A stretch of DNA of 64,000 nt from Macrostomum lignano (Eukaryota). The notes beneath the pieces were generated by a model. The model was not told where the DNA came from, made no database searches, and saw nothing but the letters and a program-made list of their open reading frames with translations. Position 1 is the stretch's first letter. Each line of letters begins with the position of its first letter. The translations under genes were made by a program, and so were the position numbers. Location: assembly GCA_002269645.1 (NCBI GenBank), contig NIVC01000114.1, positions 434,001 through 498,000 on the forward strand, in the 5' to 3' direction. This document shows positions 23,142-35,100 of the stretch, in pieces.

Positions 23142-26100
23142 ATGAACCTGCTCCCGGAGCTGAAGAGCGCCGCCATGGACGGCAGAGTCGGCAAGGTGCG
23201 GCAGTTTCTACGGAGCAGCGTCAGTCCGGACGTCGCTGACGACCGGCAGCGGACGGCGCTGCACTGGGCAGCCGAGCGAGGCCAGTCCAGGGTGGCGAGG
23301 CTTCTCATCGAGGCCGGAGCTCAGCTGGACGCTCAGGACAGCAGCGGGGCGACCGCTCTGCACCTGGCCTCGATGCACGGTCACCGGGATGCGGTCCGGC
23401 TGCTGCTCGAGTCCGAGGCCGACACCAGCCTGGTGACGAAGTCCAGCTCCTCGGCGCTGCACCTCGCCTCGCGGAACGGCCACCTCGAAGTCGTGCAGCT
23501 GCTGAGCCGGCAGGCCGACTGCGACCAGCAGCTCGCAGACGGAGACTCGCCGGTGCACCTGGCTGCTCAGCTCAGGCAGCAGCTCGTGCTCGCTGCTCTG
23601 CTGCTGGCAGGCGCGGATCCGAGCGCCAGGAATGCGCGCGGCCAGACCCCGCTGCACTCCGCGGCTCTCCACGGCCAGCGGGTCGCCATTGAGCTGCTCG
23701 TCCGGGCGGGAGTCGCCGCCGACTCGCTGGCCAGCGACGGGTCGACGCCGCTGCACGCTGCGGCAGCGATGGGGCACGAGGCCGCCGCCCAGACTCTGCT
23801 GCAGCTCGGCTGCGGGCTCGGCGATCTCAACAGGTGCGGGCTTAGCGCCGCTGCCATCGCCTGTCATTTCGGGCATTGCGAGGTCTTGCAGCTGCTTCTC
23901 AAGCATGCGACTCACGCCAGGGAGCTCGGAATCCGGCACGAGAAGACCAACGAGAGGCTGCAGCGATTCAAGAATTCGCTTGTTCCTGCAGCTCAGTCTC
24001 GCAGCACGTCTTTGCCCGAAGAGCGGTAAGCGTTTGCGTGATGTCAGTGATGAGTCGGTCTATACAGAAGAGTGCACTCGTTTCTCTTTACGCACAATAA
24101 AGATACTCTGTAGCCGATTTAAATCTCGAATATTCGAAATATGCCCTTGCTGGTAATAAGACTGGTAGAGGTCTTCGAGATGTAACCCTGGGAGCCCAAC
24201 TGCTCTTTACTTGTGGTTATAGGAAATCCTGCAAAGCCTTAACTAATCCATCTTCTGATATTTCCGAAACCTAAACTACTAACAGCAGCGTAAAAGAAAA
24301 TTGACGTTACCTTTTAAACTATACTATACATTTATAACACAAGATTTGTCCGGTAAAACGCATGGTTGATGCTATTTCTTACAACAGAGCAACGAAAGTT
24401 TAGAATAAAACCGCAGATACTTTTCAACACCGTCTCCAGCTCTCTCATTAGAACCTCTTGCAAGCATTAAACAGTCTTCACAAGCCTGCAATCGGTGTCA
24501 AATAAGGCTGGATTACCACTCGGTCCTGACCAGATGCTTTTTGTTCCTCACCGGCACATGCGGTCGTGCTCTGCCCTGGTGTTGGGACCCACCGAGCAGA
24601 CAAGCTTATTACTCGTTGCAGATCATGAACAACATGTAGGATATCCTCAATGGCGGTTTGGAATATTCATTCACAAGTTTTCTGCAAGCATTCTCTCTCT
24701 TTCATCATGAGACGTCCGTCCTCCTCAATCAGCACAGACGGTCTAAGACGTGGCAGACTTTGGTTACAAACTCTATCTTGGTAGATGACCTGCAATGTAG
24801 CTTTTTCTGCCTTAAAGAAGACAACAACAGCTTCTATCAGTTTCACCAACATTTCCAGTCTCAAGGATATGAAAGGTAATGCATGGTTAACTGCCGATTA
24901 TGAGCTCATATGCCGCTCTATTAGTGTATGAATTGCTTCTTCTAAAACAGTTATTTACAGTTGAATCTCAGTCCAAAATTTCGACGATCAATCCTCATAG
25001 ATACCCTATTAGACGCTAACAAGGAACCAAATTGTTATACAAATTCAATTAACGTTCTCTGATCAACAGCTTTTGTTATAGAAAGCAGTGGGTTCTGTTT
25101 CATGCAAAATATATACGCGTAGTTTTAAAATGTGCAACAGAAAAACTCACATAGACAGGGCGTAACTCTGATACATTTTGATTTTTTTCTGACTGAGCCA
25201 GCTCGTAACTGTGAAAAATGATCCATGATGCTTTCATTCTGAATGCCAAATGGTTAAATCATCATAGTACGCTTATTCCTAACCTTAATAATACTTCCGA
25301 GATAAATTGTATTCAATGTAATGAATGCGAATGTAAAATGCAAAAAATGTTATGTTTGAAATGTGAAATTTGAAATGTGGTTAAATCATGCATGCATTGT
25401 TGCAAAGATTGGATTGCCCTCGCATTCATTCAATTCAAGTCCTCTCAGCTGGCAGGTTTCCAGTATTCTCCCACGTCAGTCGTTTTGCGTGAATCCCCTC
25501 GTGTAAGAGCGCACGAGCAATACGAGTGCACCCTGTCAACCATTGATATCACTGCAAATACTATTGTTAGTCTCTGGGTCTATTAATCATATAGTCTAAA
25601 AATTGTGTTGCTTTTATTAGTAATAATTAATTGCTAAAATGGTACAACTAAATGAGCCACTGTAACTCACCAAAACGTACAGTGAGCAGCCCGACTCAAA
25701 CAGCCTGCGCGAGGTCCTTATTGATATGGAGGCTGTGGAAGATGAACAAGAAAGTTTGGCAGAGAGCCACAAAAGTGCTCAGCTGCACAGAGCCCTGAAG
25801 GAGTCCGGGTTTGAACTGAATCGTGTGAAACTGCAATCCGCATGTTCTGATGTCCTGCAGCGCATCACTAGAAACCGCCTCGACGCTCAGGAGTACAATG
25901 ACTACGAAGTGTACATCGTCGGGAGCTACAGTGAAGGCTGGTCCAACAGTCTGGTTCGGTTGGATGGCCAAACGGACGCAGACTCCGACATCGACGTCTG
26001 CTTCGTTGCGAAAGGGATGCTTTTTCATCTCAAAGGCTGCTGCAGCTGCATCAACTGCAGCTTCGATGAAGAACAACATAGGGTAGTTGAATATGAAGAC

Positions 26101-29100
26101 GGGCACATTAAGTGGCCTGGATCGCGTAAGAGGATATTGGCTGAAATCTGTGATTTTCATTTTCACTTGTGTACCCTCATTTAGTAGTAGGAGTTAGCAG
26201 AACACGGCCGCAGGAAATTCCGTGGAAATTCCGTCACTGGTTTACGTACTGGAGAGATGGCTCCTAGAGCCCTGATCGCCTAAAACTTACAAGCCTTCGC
26301 TGAGTAGCAGGTATGGGGGAAGGATGAGCATTGCAACTACATGTATAGGATTTCATGTAAGCATAAAGCAGCGGTAGGAGCAGAAAACGAGAAGCGCGTA
26401 TGAATAAAATAAATGGTGGTGCTGCGCGTATAGTGTGCATGTATATGGCTGTGTCTGACTTTTGAGATGGTATAGAGATGCAACTGTTTTTTAATCATTT
26501 ATGCATAGTAGAAGATACTGAAATTATAATAGGCTCGTATGCTTTTAAAAATTTGCCAATTCGCAGGTTTTTGTTTGCTTACTCTTTCGGCCTGTCGCAG
26601 TGAAAGCCACTGAAATTGGGTGGAGCCGCTGCTGTTTTATGTTTGTAATATGCTTGCTTGAATTGAAATCAGCCCAGCACTGTGCCTGCAGTGTGAAGTG
26701 CTGTGCATCTGGAGTGGGGGAGGCTAATGTATACTGGCCAACCCTTTCCTAGCATTCACCCACCCTCCGGCACCCACCCCACTCCGCCATGAGGATATAA
26801 AAGGGCCGGCTTTGAAAAGCATTTTTAAGATCATACTTCACTTTTTAATCTCTGAAGACTTCACGTGAATCATGGACATCGGCGAAGGCTACAAGGTACA
26901 GGTGCAGGAATTTGAAGGGCAAAAATTCATCGCCATAAGGAAGTTTTTTCGGCATGGCAGCAGCGCCAGCCTCAAGCCTGGAGTTCCCGGCTTCAATCTG
27001 AATACGCATCAGTGGGCGAAACTGAAGGAGGTAAAGCGCTCGCTCGTGAAGGCTGCCCTAAGCGGTGAAACCAAGGTTGTGAAATTGGGCTTTGACAAGT
27101 TTATTGAGGTTAGACAAGGAACAATTTGGTTGAAGCGACTGCCCGAGGACTGTTGCGAGGAGTTTCTGAGACGCAACACAGTGCCTCTGTCTCCGCTCTT
27201 GTGGCAAAAACTGTGGCACGCTTCCGGTTGGATTGACAAGCAGCTGGCAGAGCTCTCTCAAAGCATGCGAATGAACTATGAGCTGAGCTCATCTGACGAC
27301 GATGAAGAGGTCACCGTGAAGCTTCCTGTCAAGACTGAGCCGAATGAGGGTGAAGAAGAGGCCCGCTCACCAACAGACCTGACGATCGTTACTGAGCCGG
27401 TGACTTCAACGCCTCTGCCCCGAGCTGGCGCTGGGAACATCCCGTCAGAGGACACAAACTTGCAAGAAGATCCGGTATGGTATCAATTCCGGGCTCATGC
27501 GGCTGCGGTGAACAACAGCAGAAAGCGCAAGTAACCGTGGGCTCTGCGCAGGCAGGATGCGGTCAAGAGGCCGAGGTGGATACCCCGTGACGAGCTGCCG
27601 AACTCGGACGAAGATGATGAGTGAACTTGTTTTTAAATGACAGCGATAGTTCGCATTTTGTATTTCTTTGATTACCATGCGCATATAAAAATTATAATAA
27701 TCGAGAAAAAATTGTGGTAAAAAAAATCAAAATTTATTCAGAAGTTCGCGTGACTTCATTTTCAACAATTTGACTAACAACTTGATTTCATTTAAACTTT
27801 ACTCAGTTTCCTTTTGTTTTGTTTGTAACTGTTCTGAATCGAATCACTGAAGTAAATGCTCACTGTGTTGTGCTCCGCTGAATGCTTGCTTTAGCTTATA
27901 ATATGTTACTGCATGTAAAATACACTGTTGTTCTATCAAACTTTATTCGTCGCAGGTCCTTAAGCATTTAAGAAAGAAAGCTGTCTCAGTTGATTTTTTT
28001 AGCAAATGGAAAAGATATTCTTTAATCCCGAGCAGCCTGCCAGTTTTTCTGGTTGCAACAAACTTCTGAATGAGGCTCGAAAACAAGGTATCAAAGTGGG
28101 AGAAAAATCTGTTAAGAATTGGCTTAACGAACAGGCAGTTTACACTTTACATAAGCCATCAAGAAGAAACTATCCCCGAGCACCAATTGTAGTTCGAGCT
28201 ATGGATGATCAGTGGGAACTGGATCTGGTAGAAATGATTCCGTTCGCAAAGTACAATCACGGATACAAGTATATCCTCACATGCATCGATGTGCTGTCAA
28301 AGTTTGCTTGGGCCAAGCCACTAAAGAATAAATCAGCAGGAGAAGTGCGGTCTGCTTTCGAGGCAATTTTGAAGAGCACGAAGCGCAGGCCGCGAACAGT
28401 TCGTTCAGATCAGGGGAAAGAATTTGTCAACTCAAGCTTTCGACAGAGCTGCATAGAGAATGGCATTTTAGCGTTTAAAACAAACAGCGAGCAGAAAGCA
28501 GCGATTGTAGAAAGATGGAACCGAACTTTGAAGAATAAAATGTGGCGATACTTCACTCACAACAGCACTCTGCACTGGGTAGATGTGCTGCCAAAGTTAG
28601 TGAAGTCGTACAATGCTACTTTTCACAGAAGCATCAGAATGGCGCCAAGAAATGTTTGCAAGCAAAATGAGTCGGAAGTGTGGATGAACCTGTATGATGG
28701 CAAGGCAATAGAAACTTTGGATAAAGTCAGGAAACCAAAGTTCAGTGAAAATCAAACTGTAAGAATTTCTAACGCGCCCCGGCTATTCAAAAAAGGGTAC
28801 AAAGCAAACTGGAGTGAGGAAGTGTACACTGTAGTTGCAAAAGCTCCGAAACATTATCCTTACATGTACAAGATACGAGACATGAAGGGAGAAGAGATTC
28901 AAGGCCTCTTTCACGAGCACGAGCTGCAGGCAGTGCCGGACTCACAGCGACTATACGTGATTGAGAAAGTGTTGAAGACACAAAAGCAAAGAGGGAAAAT
29001 TCGCTATCTTGTCAAGTGGGCCGGCTACGGTTCGACAGGCTGGGTGGATGAAAAAGACTTAAGAAAGGTTTAGCTTTGACACATCCCTCATCATGTAGTT

Positions 29101-32100
29101 TATGATTATAATGCGAACTATTTTGATTAACAGTGAGCATGCTGAAGGTACTCCTAGTGACTTTAATTTTTACCTGTCTTCACCTATTTACTTGGATCGA
29201 AATGTGGACTATGAGGCAGGTCTGGCTGAAATCCATCTGCCTGCTGCATGATTCAATGTTGACGAGCCTTACTGCTTCACTGTCTCAGATGGAAGAGAGC
29301 ATGAGGCCCTGGTTCTTCAACCCGGACGCTTTGCTAGAGTGGAGGAGCTGGTGGAGCGCCTGAATGAGCTGCTGGCCAACTCTGATTCGCTGTTCTTTGA
29401 TGCAATGAGTGACAGGGAGTCTGAGATGGAGGCTGATGAGTCCGGCCTGATGGGGCGTAGTGGCAACAGGGAATTCGGTATGAAGTTCGAAATCCGCAAC
29501 TCACGAACTGTGGTGCACAACAACACTGCGAGAGCAGAGCTGTTTCTTCCATCCAGCAAAATTCTGCATTGGCTGGGATTTGGAAACCAGGCTGTGAAAA
29601 TCCAGCCAGGGAGCCGCGTATCCGAGCATTGCATTGGCTGCCCGCGCACCAGCTTAATCAATGTACACTGCAGTATCGTTGAGTCAACCAACAGGGGCTC
29701 CCTGTTGAGAACAGTCGGAGTGAACGCCAACATTGAATGGGGCAACTACCTGTCAAAAATATTTAAGAAAACAATATTCTTCCCGATTCAACGAATCAGT
29801 CTTCTTCACAGCATTCGAGTTCAGCTGCGGGACTTCTATGGTTGCCCACTGATTGCACAGACTCACAGCCCTGTTCTGCTCACAGTTCAGATTCGGGAGA
29901 AACGCATTCAATGAACTACCAGCAGCTGATCCAGCAATATTCGGGGGTGAGGACAGCACACGAAAAGCCTGCACTCTATGGCTGTGGGAGCTTCCCAGGG
30001 ATCATGACATACCAGCCTCCGCCAGCGGCTACATCATCATCTTCAACGCGTGGCAACGTCAGGCGCAAAAGAAATACTGTAGCAAGTCCGAAACGATTGA
30101 AGAAGAAGAAGGGCACCCGAAAGGCAACTGGTGGAAATCGCAATAAGATGTCAAGCAAGGCTAGTGGGAAAAAGCTTAAGAATAGGAAGACGAAAGCAAA
30201 GAAGAATGCAGCAAGCGGAGGAAAGCGAAAGCGAAAAGTCAGCAAGAAAACTGTGAAACGCGTGCTCGACTCTCTGTCATAGACATGGCTTACGGATTCA
30301 ATCCCAGACTTGATTTATTTAAGACGCCTGTTCTACAAACCTGCATTGAAAAAGCTACTTATGTTGATATTCACCCAGTTAATTCCATTGTTGCAAACTC
30401 CCCCATTGAATTTGACTGCCACCAATCTGCCGATGAATACACAGATCTGCTTAATTCTTTTCTTTATATTCGCTGCCGCCTTGTGAGACTGGATGGGGGT
30501 ATGCTGAGGGAGGATGTTCGAGATGGAGATGGCATCATCACCGAGCGCAGAGACAGTGATGTGCACCCAGAAAATTTTGTTCTGTCTACAGTCTTCTCAG
30601 ATGTAATTGTGAGCATTAACCAGCGAGTGGTGTCTGGTGGAGACCAGCTCTATCCCTACCATGCGTACTTCAAAGCACTAATGAGCTCATCCGATGCCCA
30701 GCAACTAAAACTTTACCCTGCTGGCTTCCTGGAGCCGGACTCGGCACCTGAAGAGCACACGGAGAGTCACAGGGAATCCCAATGGATGGAGTATGCGGGG
30801 CCGCTCTTCAGCGATGTTTCCAGTGCCCAGTGTTTCTGCTAAACAATCTGCACTTGCACATTAAACTGGTGCCCAGCGATGGGGCCTTTGCCATCAGAAG
30901 CCCGAATGCAAACAACGCGGCATACCGAATGGAAATCTCTCACAGCATTCTGCATCTTCGCCGAGTCAAAGTGGTGCCCCACATCAGCCTGGCCCATGAG
31001 CAGGGGCTGACAAACCAAAATGCACTGTATCCCATCGAGCGAACTGAAATGCAGAACTTCATCCTACCCCAGGGTATTCAGTCAAAAAACATTGAAGGAT
31101 TCACTCATGGAAAATTGCCGAAGTTCATCATGCTGGCCTTCGTGAGCCACCGTGCATTCAACGGTCATCATCACGCGAGCCCGTTCCAGTTCCAGAGCTT
31201 CAACCTCAGCCGGTTGGCTCTAAAGAAAGGTGGGGAAACCGTGTGCCACGGCGCCTTCACACCTGAAAACAATTCCTTCGTAAGAGAATACTTGCACTAC
31301 CTGAAAAGCTGTCAATCTGCAAGCCCCACAAATTCGGTCCCGTGGATCCCCTACCAGCTCTTCTCCAACAACACCACGGTGTTTGCATTCGATCTCACAC
31401 CCGAGGGAGCGGCTCTGTGGTACGGACAGAAGGAGGGCAACCTGCGGCTGGAGATTCGCTTCCGACAGGCTCTGGACGAAGCGGTGTCCCTGATTGCTAT
31501 GTGCCTGTATGACTCGCTGATTGAGGTCACCAAGCACCGGGAGCTTTTGCTGGACTATTCCTCTTAACTGGCATGGACGCAATTAAACTATTCAATCTAG
31601 CCAAAAAAATTTTGCCTTGCCAAAAATTTTCTATAATTACTTTACATTTGCGCTATAAAAATTCTCTGTCCTTGAATGTAAAAAGAAAATTTCGATCATC
31701 AATTTCCCTTGAAAACAAGTTTGTTTTTGTTCTACTTCAGCTCAATGGCTCATTTGGTCACTGGGTGGTATGCTATGCTGGGCAAGGAAATTGCATTGAG
31801 CTGTTCAACTCCCTCGGCTGGGAACCTGAAATTTTATCTGTGGTTTATAATTTGTTTCGAGAGATTAAAACAACTGGCTTTTGGCTCCGAAGCAATCTAA
31901 ACAGATTTCAATGTGCTAACTCTAATAAATGCGGAATGTTTTGCATCTATTTTGCTTATCAAAAGTTTCTGTTCAATCGGTCATTTGAGGGGATTCTGAA
32001 GCATTTGCATGCTAATGAAAAAAATCATTTGAATGATAGAATCTTACAGAGGTTTGAAGCCAACTTAAGAAAAAGATGTTCTAGAACTATATTTATGCAT

Positions 32101-35100
32101 TAGACATGGAAGAAAAGCGAGTTTGCTACGATCTCCGCCTCAGGCAGGGAAGCTGCATGATTGTCTGCGGGCCCACCAATGCAGGAAAAACAACCTTTGT
32201 CAAACACCTGATCCAGTACAGAGACGTCATGTTTGATGTGAAGCCTGGCAGAGTTCTGTGGTACTATGGGATCTCACAGGCAGGCCATGCAGAACTGAGC
32301 AGCCTAGGTGTGCAGCTGCGCCAGGGATTTCCCACCAACATCGAGGCAGCACTTAGGCCCAATGACCTGGTTGTTTTCGATGACTTAATAGAGGAAACTT
32401 CAAATTCTGCTTCAATGCGAAATTTTTTCACAGGAATCGCACATCACTTGCCGTGCTTTTTGGTGATGCTGACTCAGAATATATTTTTCAAGGGAAAAGA
32501 GTCGCGAACAATGAGCTTGAATGTAATGTATTTAGCTATCTTGAAAAACCCCAGAGACCAACTGCAGATTGCAGCACTGGGCAGACAGTGCTTTACAGAG
32601 AAGCCCGGCTTTCTGCTGTCAGTGTTCAAGCACGTGACCGCGCAGAACAGGGGAGCCTACCTGTTCCTAGACTTTCACCCATCAACTCCCGATGAGCTGC
32701 GAGTGCGGGCCAGAATTCTGCCCAACCAGCGACCCCATCTTGTATTTGCTTAAGAAAGTGAAGCTTGTTTTTTATCGGCTATTGTTTTCATCGCTATGGA
32801 AGTGCTTGATTCACATGCAAGTATTTTTGCGGTTCTTGCGTCACCTAAATATACCGTGCGCTTCAAGCGGCTGTTGATAAAAAATTGTCCAAAAGAAGTG
32901 CGTTATTTTCTTGTCGAGGCCTGCCATAATCTCTTACAAAACAATCTATCGTTTTCGCTCGATGAAAAAGCTGTTCTTGCAAAGTCAAAAGAGATAATTC
33001 GAAAAATTACTCACCAAAGAAGAAAGACAGACTTGTTGAAGGCTGGCTTCATCAAAATACTCCCGATTCTGCTTAAGCTGGTAAAGAAGAAGAAGCAAAA
33101 TGAACAAATTTTCAGAAATGGTTCTGATTCCTAAAGCAGAGTATGAGATGTTGATGCAGAATTTGAAGCCAAATGAGACTACCACTGAAGCTGACTTGAA
33201 GCAGGCTCAGAAGAAATGCGATGACATCTTGTATGCCGAAGATTGTCCAGAAGATGTGAAAACCACCATGTATCAAAGTGCAATGCAAAGTTTGCTGGCC
33301 AAGCGCAAGCACGCTGGAAAAGAAGGAGTACGCAATGCTGAAGCCAAGTTGATGAAAACAGAGACACCCCAGATGAACACCTGGGAAGAGAAGATCAGCA
33401 AGTCGGTGCCACAGAAATTCAAAACCAGGGCTCGCAGTCTATGGATGATCCTGTCCACCAATCCAGAGTTGATTCGAGTTTGTGAAAACGGGGAGGTGGA
33501 AATCACAGGCACTTCAATCCCTTCCTCAAACATACTGGACTTGATTCAGCACGCAGTGAGGGATTCGTCATGTGAGGGTGAACCAGTTGGGTGGAACGAG
33601 TTCATCGATTTGCTGCAGCAGAAAAAGCTTAATGTTCCGCTTTCCGCTATTGGTAAATCAGTTAAGAAGAAAATGGTAACCAGCAGAGGGGGTGAACTGG
33701 AGAAAGAACAGGCGAGTCTAGTCAAGGGGTACGGGAGCAACACAGCCTGGCTGAAACTGCCTGCCAGAAAATTACATAAGAAGGTGGACTGACTCCGAAA
33801 TTTTCGAAGGAAAGCTGCATCATGAACTACATTGACTTCCAAGGATTCCCGTGCAACAGCACAAGCAAAAACTTTGTTGTGAAGGAGTTGGCAGTTGTTC
33901 AAATCAGAGCGGGAAGCTACCGCATTGCTCACCATGTGTACGCACCTCCGTATCCATGGGAGAGAGTCTCACCTGACATGCGAGTTTACTACAGACAGCT
34001 ATCAAAGAGTGTGCACCAGTTTAAGTGGAGTGATGGAACCCGTCCGTACATGGAACTGGCGGAAGACATTCTGAGCATTGCCAGTGGTCCGATCTGGACA
34101 AATGGGGAAAGGAAGTCTATTTTCCTGACTGAGCTGCTTGGTAGACAGGTTTATAACCTAGAAGATTTGGGAGCACCCTCGACTGAAGATTCAGATACTG
34201 GCTGTGCAGTGAGAAATTCGTTGCTGCACTACAGTTGGCTTAAGCCAAAGTTCTGCATCAACTTAAGAAGCGAGCAGTGTCCGTGGCACACGAGCAGAAG
34301 ATTTGCTGAAGAAGTCAAGGATCGAAATGAGCCCACCAGCTGCAGCCCTAAGAGTGACCAATCTGGTTGGCGGAGTGGATCTGAGGCTGGATGGTGGCAG
34401 GGGCGCCCAGCTGCCTCTACGGGAACTGGCTCTCAGCATGGCTCATGTGATCTACCGGCCCGTCTGGCCCCGGGTGCTCATCAAGCGGATGCGGAGTCCC
34501 AGAGTGACTCTGCTACTCTACCCTACTGGGCAACTGAGCATCTGCGGTGCCAAGACCCACGCAGACGCCAAAAGGGCTGCCCGTCGCTTCGTGGCTATGC
34601 TGCATCGGAGAGTGCCGGCTCAACTGCTGCCTCATCAAACTATTTGTGTTCGAATTAAAACTATTACTGCTCATGGTCAACTTTTGCTCAGTTCTGCATT
34701 GTCCCTACCAAAACTGTCTATGAATTTACCAAAAGCTGAGTATGAACCTGAATCTTTTTCTGCTTTAATTTTCAAGCTGAAGTTTTGTAAATGTTTGCTA
34801 TTTCACCGCGGCTCCTTTGTTCTAAGTGGTGCTCGATCTTTTTTTCAATTGCAAACAGATCTCATGCGATTAAAACGTGTAATTTGTAACTCAGCGTAAA
34901 AATAAATGATTACAGTTAGGAAAGAAGGAAGCTTATAACTAAGCTAATTTTTGCATGAATAAAGATGAATCGTTCTGTCTTCTTTTCATGAGTTTATTAT
35001 TTAATGAAAACACACATACACACACACACACTCCCAATTAAAACACGCATATGACAAACATAAAACAGCAGTGGAAACAATAAATGGATGTAATAAAAAG

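Noticed and set aside
24480-24900. Possible transposase remnant or extra exon in intron 1 of cGLR copy 3
   Set aside because: Short stop-interrupted frames with only vague similarity; cannot be assigned without a search.
29249-29251. TGA-as-Trp alternative genetic code in the Polinton
   Set aside because: Other element ORFs use TGG for Trp and TGA as a normal stop, and pPolB has a separate TAA lesion; simple mutation explains it better.
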